A program made the translations under genes and the position numbers. Source: Candidatus Nitrosopumilus brisbanensis (GTDB taxonomy: Archaea; Thermoproteota; Nitrososphaeria; Nitrososphaerales; Nitrosopumilaceae). From it: a DNA stretch of 64,000 nucleotides. Location: the NCBI GenBank assembly GCA_038152885.1, contig JAYOXR010000001.1:5273-69272 (forward strand), read 5' to 3'. Positions within the stretch are counted from its first letter, which is position 1, and each line of letters begins with the position of its first letter. Shown in pieces: positions 20,055 to 29,400 of the stretch. The notes under the pieces were generated by a model. The model was not told the origin of the DNA and did not search any database. It saw only the letters and a list, made by a program, of their open reading frames with translations.

Positions 20055-21209
20055 GTGTTGGCAGTTAAAAAATCAGTTACTAAAAAAACTGCAAAATCAT
20101 CTACTAAAAAAACCACCAAGAAAACTGGTGTAAAAAAATCAGTTACTAAAAAATCACCAAAATCATCTACTAAAAAAACCACCAAGAAAACTGTCACAAA
20201 AAGGGTTACTAAAAAATCACCAAAATCATTACGAACTAAATTAATTTGTATTTCTCACAAGGAAGATAATGATGGAATCAGTTCTGCTGCATTAATTCGT
20301 CAAGCATTTGGCGGTGATGCAATTTTAGTTGATTATCCTGGTCAAATGGATGCAATTAGACAAGTTGCAACTGATGAAAAATTAAAAACATTATTTATCT
20401 GTGATTTGGGTCTAAGTAAGAACACTCAAGATGAGTTCATTAACCTTCTGAGTAATTTGAGAAAAAACAAAGTGTCTGTCACTTACATTGATCATCATGA
20501 TATTGATCCTAATGTAGTCAAGGCTTTAGAAAAAATCAAAGTTAAAGTTATTCACAATGTAAACGAATGTACCACTGTTCAAGTTTATGATGCCTTTAAA
20601 TCAAAATTAAATGATCATGCTAGCTTTGTTGCATGTTGTGCTGCAATTACTGATTATATGGAAGAACGTCCAGTCGCATCAAAATTACTTCAAATGTATG
20701 ACAGACAGTTTGCACTGATTAGTGCAACAACAATGACTTACAATATTGTTGGACATCAAAAGGATCCTGATTATTTACTATATTTGGTCGAAGAGTTGGC
20801 AGACTCTAAATTCCCACATGATATTCCAAACACCTATGAATTTGCACAACTTCAAGTTGAAAAATTAGCACAAATAATTGCCAAAGTAAAACAAGGAATG
20901 AAAACAATGAAGAATCTAGGATATATGGAAATTCTTGATTCAGGAGCAAGCGGTGCAGTCAACTTTGTAATGGGATTATCCAAAAAAGATGTTGGTGTTG
21001 CATACAAAGAAAGAGTTGATCATGGAATCTACGCAGTATCTGTAAGAGGTTCAAAGAACTGTAAGGTTCATCTTGGAAAAATTGTTAATCTCCTTGCATC
21101 TGAATTGGGTGGTTCTGGAGGTGGTCATGATAAAGCATGCGGCGCAGTCATTCCAAAACCAAAAATAAAAAAATTCATCACAGAATTAAATAAAAAAATT
21201 AAAAATTAA
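20055..21209 (+). CDS. DHH/DHHA1-family phosphoesterase with Lys-rich N-terminal repeat tail
   Basis: 384 aa with GTG start. Residues 4-58 are K/T/S repeats. They are followed by DHH motifs (HKEDNDGISSAAL, IDHHD) and the DHHA1 motif GGSGGGHDKACGA. Confidence 0.8.
   Translation: MLAVKKSVTKKTAKSSTKKTTKKTGVKKSVTKKSPKSSTKKTTKKTVTKRVTKKSPKSLRTKLICISHKEDNDGISSAALIRQAFGGDAILVDYPGQMDAIRQVATDEKLKTLFICDLGLSKNTQDEFINLLSNLRKNKVSVTYIDHHDIDPNVVKALEKIKVKVIHNVNECTTVQVYDAFKSKLNDHASFVACCAAITDYMEERPVASKLLQMYDRQFALISATTMTYNIVGHQKDPDYLLYLVEELADSKFPHDIPNTYEFAQLQVEKLAQIIAKVKQGMKTMKNLGYMEILDSGASGAVNFVMGLSKKDVGVAYKERVDHGIYAVSVRGSKNCKVHLGKIVNLLASELGGSGGGHDKACGAVIPKPKIKKFITELNKKIKN
20064..20228 (+). repeat. 66-nt tandem coding repeat, about 2.5 copies (22-aa unit VKKSVTKK(TA/SP)KSSTKKTTKKT(G/V))
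   Basis: Units at 20064-20129 and 20130-20195 are nearly identical at the DNA level. A partial third copy spans 20196-20228. Confidence 0.9.
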
Positions 21210-21210
21210 T

Positions 21211-21663
21211 TTATTTTATCTGAACAACTGCATCAATTTCAGTCATTGAATTAAGTGGTAGATTCGAAACACCAAGAGCAATTCTAGTATGTTTTCCTTT
21301 ATCACCAAAAATTTCAAACAACAAGTCAGATGCTCCATTGATGACTTTGGGATGCATTGAAAATTCTGGACCTGCATTGACAAATCCATTTAATCTAACA
21401 AATTTTTCAATTCTGTCCAGGTCGCCAAGTTCTTTTTTCAATTGTGATAAAATATTGATTACACACAATCTGGCAGATTTTTGACCTGTCTCAATTGTAT
21501 CATCAGTCACTTTGCCAGTGAACTCGACTTTACCATTCAGAAATGGAATTTGACCTGAAACATATGCCAAATTACCTGTAATGACTACTGGAATGTAAGA
21601 ACCTGCAGGAGCTGGAGGTGCTTCTAAAGTAATTCCCATTTCTTTGATTTTATCTTCAATCAT
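21211..21663 (-). CDS. RidA/YjgF/UK114-family protein
   Basis: 150 aa with a chorismate-mutase-like fold pattern (AYVSGQIP ... R.A.GV..LP....EI.A). Confidence 0.7.
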   Translation of the reverse strand: MIEDKIKEMGITLEAPPAPAGSYIPVVITGNLAYVSGQIPFLNGKVEFTGKVTDDTIETGQKSARLCVINILSQLKKELGDLDRIEKFVRLNGFVNAGPEFSMHPKVINGASDLLFEIFGDKGKHTRIALGVSNLPLNSMTEIDAVVQIK

Positions 21664-21689
21664 GAAAATTATTCAAAAAAAGCGTGATT

Positions 21690-22850
21690 TTAGTTTTTAG
21701 AAATTTTAATTAGAACTTTTTCGCCTTTTGTAGAATTACTATTGTATACAGTTCGTGTTTTGTAACCTTGTTTTTGTAGGCAACCATCTAAAATTGAAAC
21801 CCATGGTAATGAATGACCACTATTTAATTTGGATTCCACTGTGATGTTTTTTGTATTTGCCTCAAAATTTACATGTCCTGAACAGGTAATCTTGACTACT
21901 GCATCCATCATCTCAATAATGTCATCAAGGGATTTTGTTTTCAATGATACACCATTTTTCTCTAGTAATTTGAATAACTCAATTTCGGGTTTCTTTGAAA
22001 CAAATGATGAATTTAGTATGTGAATCAAACCAAATTCTGAAACTGTTTTGATAATTTTGTATATCTCTTGAGCCTCATTTTTTGACATGTCTGCAAGTGC
22101 TTTTGTCTTTACAGCACTTCTCCAAATATTTGAAAATATTTTCTCTTGATTATGACTAAGAATATCTGTTGATGAAAAAGTTGCACCCTTTCCATTATCA
22201 TTATCAACAAGCAGAATTTCTGTTTCATCAAAAATAAAACAATTCTGTGTTATCTCTGATGATCTAATATCTACACCATCAGGTATCATTCTATAATGCT
22301 CTGAACAAATGTGTGATGGCGTAATTAGTAATTTGACATCAAGATTTCTTCTCAATACAGAAACCATTTGCTCTTTGCATTCGGCAAGTAATCCTAATCC
22401 CCATTGGTCAGCCATTATCTTAATTGATGATTTTGCTCCTTCAATCATCATTTGCAATTGTGGTAAAACATTATTACCACTAATATGGAAATATCTTTTT
22501 TCTTCTGAACCTCTTGCCTTCCTACTTTCCTCACTTGCCTTTTTCAGATTAGATACAAGGGAGTTCATAGCATTTACTTTGTTAATCTGCTCGTGAATAA
22601 TATCATCAAATGCATCTTCAGGAGCAATTGCTGTACACATGATGGGTTTGCTCTTTGAAATTATTGCCAATTTCTTGTTTTCTAGTTTAAGTAAAGTTGG
22701 ATAGATTTTTGTTCTTGGAATCTCTGAATAATATGCTAATTCTCCTGCCGAAATCGTACCTTTTGAGATAAGTGCTACGTATGCCTGAGCCTCATATTTG
22801 CTCAATCCGAACTCTTCTAGGCTTACAGTCAATGAGCGTTCATTTGTCAT
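21690..22850 (-). CDS. TrmB-family transcriptional regulator (long form)
   Basis: 386 aa. The N-terminal wHTH LSKYEAQAYVALISKGTISAGELAYYSEIPRTKIYPTLLKLENKKLA is characteristic of TrmB. Confidence 0.75.
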   Translation of the reverse strand: MTNERSLTVSLEEFGLSKYEAQAYVALISKGTISAGELAYYSEIPRTKIYPTLLKLENKKLAIISKSKPIMCTAIAPEDAFDDIIHEQINKVNAMNSLVSNLKKASEESRKARGSEEKRYFHISGNNVLPQLQMMIEGAKSSIKIMADQWGLGLLAECKEQMVSVLRRNLDVKLLITPSHICSEHYRMIPDGVDIRSSEITQNCFIFDETEILLVDNDNGKGATFSSTDILSHNQEKIFSNIWRSAVKTKALADMSKNEAQEIYKIIKTVSEFGLIHILNSSFVSKKPEIELFKLLEKNGVSLKTKSLDDIIEMMDAVVKITCSGHVNFEANTKNITVESKLNSGHSLPWVSILDGCLQKQGYKTRTVYNSNSTKGEKVLIKISKN

Positions 22851-22964
22851 AATTTTGATTGCTTTGTTATTAGGTAAAATTGAGAGCTAAATTCCTTTAC
22901 ACAATTACTCAAAATTTTTCAAAATTGTATCTCTGGTATCATGTAACTGCGGTGACTAAATAAT

Positions 22965-23567
22965 TTGGTACATCTTACTCAAATACAAAATATAGAATTC
23001 TTTCTCATGTTAGTAGAAATAAATGAAAATCTCATCGATGAAAAAATCTCTCATTCAGTAACAATTGTTCCTAGATTGGATTACTCGATGAAATTATTAG
23101 ACGATATTGTCTCTCAAATTCATGAAAAGAGACTAGTTGTCAACACTTCAAATCAAGATTTCATGAATGATTTTGATGAATCAGATAAATCTCATGTGTA
23201 TGGGTTTGAATTAGAAAAAACATTACTATTTTCCCAAGAAGTACTCTCTTTAGTCAAAAAACAGTTACAATGCATCTCAGGAATACACAGTATTCCTGAA
23301 AAACTTCCTTCTGTGATACCTGTAATTAGAACAATCAGTGCAAGACTGTTCTCATTGATGCCTTTTTCTAGTCAAAAATTATCAGAGTTATCCGTCCATT
23401 TGGGTAGCATCGTTCTTGATTCAGCAGCTTTAACAAAAGCAAGATTTGATTTTTCGACGTCTAGTCATGATTCTGCAAAAATGATTGATAAAGTAAATTT
23501 GATCGTGGACTCTAAATTAAGTAAGCAGTATCCATATCTTGATTTTTCTAAAGTTAGTACTACTTGA
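22965..23567 (+). CDS. hypothetical helical protein, ESCRT-III/CdvB-like (tentative)
   Basis: 200 aa from TTG, or 186 aa from ATG 23007. The segment IPEKLPSVIPVIRTISARLFSLMPFSSQKLSELSVHLGSIVLDSAALTKARF...AKMIDKVNLIVDSKL resembles, from memory, the helix 3-5 core of archaeal CdvB/Snf7. It is the first gene of an operon ending in cdvC. Confidence 0.4.
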   Translation: MVHLTQIQNIEFFLMLVEINENLIDEKISHSVTIVPRLDYSMKLLDDIVSQIHEKRLVVNTSNQDFMNDFDESDKSHVYGFELEKTLLFSQEVLSLVKKQLQCISGIHSIPEKLPSVIPVIRTISARLFSLMPFSSQKLSELSVHLGSIVLDSAALTKARFDFSTSSHDSAKMIDKVNLIVDSKLSKQYPYLDFSKVSTT

Positions 23568-24064
23568 ACATGTTATCTTCCAAGTTTGATTTTCTAAAGG
23601 ATATTGATAGAATCAAATCTCTTTCATCAAAAATCGACAAAAAAATTACAGAACTAAAACCCTCTGATGAAAAACTAGTTGAAAAATTATCCCTCGAGGA
23701 ATTACAGGATTTAAAAAAAATTGTAGGTATTGCTGATTTTCTAATCTGTAAATATGAAGATAAGAAGGAAATGTCTGAAATTCTAAAGCATTTTGCAGGC
23801 GTGGTATCTGACGCTGCCGGCTCTATTACCAATCTAGATGATGAGATTTCTGAATTAATTTTGTCTGCAGAAGACTCTATCAATAAAATCAAAGATACTC
23901 ATATTGATATTACTAAAAAATCTGATTTCAAGCCTGAATTTGATAACGGACCTGAATATAACGAATATGAAACTAGTCCAATTAATTTAACCAATTTTGT
24001 CACACATGTTAACTCACAAGGTTACCATGAAAATTCTCAAGAAAATTCTGAACAAGGTAATTAA
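23564..24064 (+). CDS. hypothetical coiled-coil protein with acidic disordered tail
   Basis: 166 aa. The TTG start overlaps the upstream stop (TTGA), or ATG 23570 could be used. It ends 2 nt before the cdvC ATG. No recognised motif. Confidence 0.5.
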   Translation: MNMLSSKFDFLKDIDRIKSLSSKIDKKITELKPSDEKLVEKLSLEELQDLKKIVGIADFLICKYEDKKEMSEILKHFAGVVSDAAGSITNLDDEISELILSAEDSINKIKDTHIDITKKSDFKPEFDNGPEYNEYETSPINLTNFVTHVNSQGYHENSQENSEQGN

Positions 24065-24066
24065 AA

Positions 24067-25260
24067 ATGAGCATGGCACCACAAGAACTAGAAAACACTG
24101 CAAGCAAATATGCTTCAGAGGCAATAAAATGCGATTCTCAAGGAGCCAGAGGTATGGCCATAACACATTATCAACATGCAATTGACGCACTAGTAAAATT
24201 AATCCAATTATATCCAAACAGTAAACTAAACCCAATTTACAAAGATAGATGCAATTCATATCATAATAGAATCAATGCTCTTCAACAGGCACATGGTGTT
24301 GAACCCGTTGTAGATTCAAAAGCAACTGATGAAGAGCAGAAAAAATCAATTCAAAGACAAGAATCTGAAAATGATTTTGAAGAACTTGTTTTAAAAGAAA
24401 AACCTGATGTAACTTGGGATCAAGTTATTGGCTTAGATGATGCAAAAAGTGCATTAAGAGAATCAATTGTTTATCCAACTAAAAGACCTGATTTGTTTCC
24501 ACTAGGTTGGCCAAAAGGAATGTTACTATATGGTCCACCTGGAACTGGAAAGACAATGCTTGCAGCTGCAACTGCAAATGAAATGGACGGTTACTTTATC
24601 AATGTAGATGCATCATCAATGATGAGTAAATGGTTAGGTGAAGCAGAAAAAAATGTGTCAAAATTATTTACTATGGCAAGAAGTTATGCTGAAAAAGAAG
24701 GAAAACCTGTAATTTTATTTGTTGATGAAGTTGATTCACTTTTAGGTTCTAGAAACAGTGAGGTTGGTGGAGAAGTAAGAACCAAGAACCAATTCTTGAC
24801 TGAAATGGACGGTGTAAACGGAAAAGGCAAAGATTTGATGTTGTATGTAATTGGTGCTACAAACAAACCATGGAGTCTTGATTGGCCATTTTTGAGAAGA
24901 TTCCAAAAGAGAATCTATGTCTCATTACCAACTCTTGAAGCAAGAGTGAATCTCTTTGAACAATATACTGCAAAACTCAAAAAAGATTATCGTGTCAACA
25001 CTACTGAACTTGCAAAATTATTTGACGGTTACAGTGCAAGTGACATTAAAGATATTTGTCAAGCAGCACAAATCAAAACTGTTCATGAAATCTTCAATGC
25101 TCCTGATTATCATGAACCAGTAGAAGGTGAAGAGCCAATTCAACCAAGAGATCTTACTACATCTGACTTTAAGGATATAATGGCAAGAAGAAAACCAAGT
25201 GTTTCCATGGATATGATTCGAGCATATCATAAATGGAGTGAAGAATTCCAAGCATTGTAG
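24067..25260 (+). CDS. cdvC: Vps4-like AAA+ ATPase with N-terminal MIT domain (CdvC)
   Basis: 397 aa with an MIT-like three-helix N-terminus, Walker A GPPGTGKT, Walker B ILFVDEVD, the second region of homology ATNKPWSLDWPFLRRF and a Vps4-type C-terminal helix. Confidence 0.92.
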   Translation: MSMAPQELENTASKYASEAIKCDSQGARGMAITHYQHAIDALVKLIQLYPNSKLNPIYKDRCNSYHNRINALQQAHGVEPVVDSKATDEEQKKSIQRQESENDFEELVLKEKPDVTWDQVIGLDDAKSALRESIVYPTKRPDLFPLGWPKGMLLYGPPGTGKTMLAAATANEMDGYFINVDASSMMSKWLGEAEKNVSKLFTMARSYAEKEGKPVILFVDEVDSLLGSRNSEVGGEVRTKNQFLTEMDGVNGKGKDLMLYVIGATNKPWSLDWPFLRRFQKRIYVSLPTLEARVNLFEQYTAKLKKDYRVNTTELAKLFDGYSASDIKDICQAAQIKTVHEIFNAPDYHEPVEGEEPIQPRDLTTSDFKDIMARRKPSVSMDMIRAYHKWSEEFQAL

Positions 25261-25341
25261 ATTTTCTGCGATCAAAAATTTCTTCCAAAAGTTATACACT
25301 AAATTTAAATTCCCTTTGACTACGACTATTCGAGGGTCACA

Positions 25342-26484
25342 ATTACTACAAAGAAATCTCAACACGCAAAGAAGTTTGGAAAACTGATCTTTGACGATGG
25401 ATCTGTTCTTGAAGGTGAAGGTTTTGGTTTTTCAACTACTGTTTTTGGAGAGATTGTTTTTAACACTGGAATGGTCGGTTATACTGAAGCACTAACTGAT
25501 CCATCATATAATGGACAAATTCTTACTCTTACTTATCCTCTAGTTGGAAATTATGGTGTTCCTGACCCATCTGCAAAAGATGAAGATGGAATTTCAAAAT
25601 ATTTTGAATCTGATGTCATGCAAATTAGAGGTCTTGTAGTTCATGAATTATCTCACACTGCTAGTCATTGGAATATGCATATGACTTTAGATGAATGGCT
25701 GTTTAATGAAAAAGTTCCAGGTATATCTGGAATTGATACTAGGGAATTAACAAAAAAACTACGAAATGGTGGTGTAATGATGGCTGCATTAGCCGTATCT
25801 GATACCCCAATCAATGATGAAGAAATAAAACAACAACTCAATCAGGCTCCCGATTATAATTCTGAGCAATTCATGGATAGGGTTTCAACAAAACAAGAAA
25901 AACAATACGGCTCAGAAGATGAATGCATTGTAGTAGTTGACACTGGCGCAAAAAATGCTATTATTCGAAATGTTCGTGATTTAGGATACAAAGCAATATT
26001 GGTTCCATGGGACACTCCATTTGAAAAAATAATGTCATACAATCCAAAAGGAGTTGTGTTGAGTAGTGGTCCAGGTGATCCACAAAATTGTCCTGCAACA
26101 ATTGATACTGCAAAAAAATTAATTGAAACAAACACTCCAACATTAGGAATCTGTTTGGGTGCACAAATTATTGGAATTGCAGGAAATACTGAAACTTACA
26201 AATTAAAATATGGACATAGAGGTCAAAACAAACCTTGTATTAATTTAGAAAATAATCAAGTTTATGTCACTAGTCAAAATCATGGATATGGAATAAAGCC
26301 TGAATCCCTTGCAAATTCTGATTTTAATTTATGGTTTACAAATGCTGATGATAAAACTGTTGAAGGAATCAAACATAAAAAACAAAACTGTATTGCAGTT
26401 CAATTTCATCCAGAAGCTGCTCCAGGACCATTTGATTGCAAATTTGTTTTTGAAGAATTAAAAAAATTAATGGAGAAAAAGTAA
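25342..26484 (+). CDS. carA: carbamoyl-phosphate synthase small (glutaminase) subunit
   Basis: Has the GICLGAQ nucleophile elbow and the HPE triad. The track ORF starts at ATG 25471 (MVGYTEALTDPSY), but the conserved CarA N-terminus KLIFDDGSVLEGEGFGFSTTVFGEIVFNTG is in frame upstream. The frame is open from 25309 with no ATG, GTG or TTG. ATT at 25342 is my best start guess, so the start coordinate is uncertain. Confidence 0.85.
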   Translation: MTTKKSQHAKKFGKLIFDDGSVLEGEGFGFSTTVFGEIVFNTGMVGYTEALTDPSYNGQILTLTYPLVGNYGVPDPSAKDEDGISKYFESDVMQIRGLVVHELSHTASHWNMHMTLDEWLFNEKVPGISGIDTRELTKKLRNGGVMMAALAVSDTPINDEEIKQQLNQAPDYNSEQFMDRVSTKQEKQYGSEDECIVVVDTGAKNAIIRNVRDLGYKAILVPWDTPFEKIMSYNPKGVVLSSGPGDPQNCPATIDTAKKLIETNTPTLGICLGAQIIGIAGNTETYKLKYGHRGQNKPCINLENNQVYVTSQNHGYGIKPESLANSDFNLWFTNADDKTVEGIKHKKQNCIAVQFHPEAAPGPFDCKFVFEELKKLMEKK

Positions 26485-29400
26485 TTGCCAAAAAACGAAT
26501 CATTAAACAAAATACTTGTTCTTGGTAGTGGTGCAATTAAAATCGGCGAAGCTGGTGAATTTGATTATTCTGGAAGTCAATGTCTAAAAGCAATTCATGA
26601 AGATGGTATCAAAAGTGTTTTAATCAATCCAAATATTGCAACAATTCAAACAGATACTAGATTTGCAGACCAAGTGTATCTCTTACCAGTTACTCCTCAA
26701 TATGTTGAATCAATAATTGAAAAAGAAAGACCTGATGGAATCATGTTGGCATATGGTGGACAAACTGCACTAAACTGTGGAGTCAAATTAGAAGAAAATA
26801 ATGTTTTACAAAAATATGGTGTCAAAGTTCTTGGAACTCAAGTCAAAGGTATTCAGAGAACAGAGGACCGTCAATTATTCAAAGATTCTATGACTGAAGT
26901 AGGTGTACCAGTGCTTAAGAGCAGAACCGTCACAAATTTTGAAGATGCCAAAAAAACTGCTGAAGAACTCAGCTATCCTGTCATTATTCGAGTTGCATAC
27001 ACACTAGGAGGAAGAGGAGGAGGTGTTGCCTATAATGAGATAGAATTACACGAGATAGTTGAGAGGGGTCTTAGAGCAAGTCTTGTTGGGCAGGTCTTAA
27101 TTGAAGAATACATTGGTCACTGGAAGCAAATTGAATATGAGGTAATGCAAGACTATGATGGAAATAATGTAATTGTATGTAATATGGAAAATGTTCTTTC
27201 AATGAAAGTTCATACAGGTGACAACATTGTTGTTGCTCCATCTCAAACAATTGATAATCATGAATATCACATGTTACGTTCTGCTGCACTACGTGCAACA
27301 AAACATGTTGGCATCGTAGGAGAATGTAATATCCAATATGCACTTGATTCTGATTCTGATAGATATGTTGCAATTGAAATCAATCCCAGACTGTCACGTT
27401 CCTCTGCACTTGCAAGTAAAGCAACTGGATATCCACTTGCTTACATGTCTGCAAAAATTGGATTGGGATATAATTTATCAGAACTAGTAAATAGAATTAC
27501 AAAAAGTACTACTGCATGTTTTGAACCTTCATTAGATTATATTGTTTGTAAACACCCAAGATGGGATTTCTCAAAATTTGAACTTGTAAATCGTAGATTG
27601 GGACCAACAATGAAATCAGTTGGTGAAGTAATGGCAGTAGGCAGAACCTTTGAAGAATCATTCCAAAAAGCAATTCGTATGCTGGATATTGGAAACGATG
27701 GTTTAGTTTTGAATCGTTCAAATGGTCAAACATTTACTGAGGAAGAAATTGAATTCAAATTATCTCATCATGATGACCAAATTTTGTACAATGTTGCAAT
27801 TGCTCTAAAGATGGGAATTTCAGTCCAGAGAATTTACCAGTTATCTTCAATTGATCCTTGGTTTATTGAAAAAATCAAAAACATTGTTGATACTCAAAAG
27901 CAATTAGAAGATTCAGAACTAGATGAATCATTACTACGTTCTGCAAAAAAACAAGGTTTTTCAGATAAACAGATTGCCAGAGCAAAAAATACAACCCCTG
28001 ATGATGTTCGAAGCATGCGTAAAAAGCATGGAATTGTGCCTGCAGTAAAGCAAATTGATACTCTAGCAGCTGAGTGGCCTGCAGTAACAAATTATCTCTA
28101 CTTGACATATGGGGGTAATTCCAATGATGTTCAAATTTCAGATGATGAAAAAGGAATCACTGTTCTTGGAGCCGGACCATACAGAATTGGAAGTAGCGTT
28201 GAATTTGATTGGGGAACAGTTAACATGGTTTGGGGTTTGCAAGAAAATGGAGAAAAAAATGTCTCTGTTGTAAATTGTAACCCTGAAACTGTTTCAACTG
28301 ATTATGATATTTGTAGTAGGTTGTATTTTGAAGAATTGACTGAAGAACGAATTTTAGATATAATTGATTTTGAAAATCCTAAAGGTATAATCACATGTGT
28401 TGGTGGACAAACTGCAAATAATTTAACACCGTCATTGTCAAAACATGGCGTTAAAATTCTTGGAACTTCTGCACACGATGTAGACCGTGCAGAAGATCGT
28501 TCTAAATTTAGTGCGGAACTAGACAAACTACACATTAAACAACCATTATGGCAAGCATTTTCAAATTTGAGTGAAGCAAAAAGCTTTGCAGACACAGTAG
28601 GATTTCCAGTAATTGTCAGACCTTCTTATGTATTATCTGGTGCTGCAATGAAAGTAGTTTGGTCTCAAGATGAATTAAAGACCTATGTCAAAGAGGCAAC
28701 AGATGTTTCTCCGGATCATCCCGTAGTTATTTCAAAATTCATGTTAAACTCGTTGGAAGTAGATGTTGATGGAGTAAGTAATGGTAAAGAAGTTGTAATT
28801 GGTGCAATTGTTGAACATATTGACAGTGCAGGTGTTCACTCTGGTGATGCAATGATGTGTATTCCTCCATGGAGATTAAGTAACAAAATAATTGAAACCA
28901 TTACTGAATATACAAAAAAGATTGCATTAACCTTTAATGTGAAAGGTCCATTCAATCTCCAATTTCTTATTCATGATGATCATGTCTATGTAATTGAACT
29001 AAACATTAGAGCATCTCGTTCAATGCCTTTTGTTTCCAAATTTGTCAAAACCAATTTGATTTCACTTGCATCTAAAGCCATTTTGGACAAACCTCTGCCT
29101 AAAATTCCTGAAAACAAGTGGCAAAAAATTCATAATTATGGAATCAAAGTACCTCAATTCTCATTTATGCAGTTAGAAGGCGCAGATATTGCATTAGGCG
29201 TTGAAATGCAATCTACTGGTGAGGCTGCATGCTTTGGAGACAGTTTTTACGACGCTCTTTCTAAAGGATTGACTTCAGTAGGATTCAACTTGCCTGACAA
29301 AGGTACTGCAGTTGTAACTGTCGGCGGCTCTGCTAACAAAGAAAAATTACTCCCATCTATTGCCAAACTTAAAGAACTGGGATTTCAAATTTTAGCAACT

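Noticed and set aside
23560-23892. 110-aa minus-strand ORF inside the cdv-linked operon.
   Set aside because: It is fully antisense to ORF 23564-24064, Ser-rich, and has no start context. It was treated as a shadow ORF, though neither strand has homology support here.
25018-25365. 115-aa minus-strand ORF spanning the cdvC 3' end and the carA upstream region.
   Set aside because: It is mostly antisense to cdvC. The part in the intergenic region coincides with the in-frame carA N-terminal extension on the plus strand, which has clear homology.
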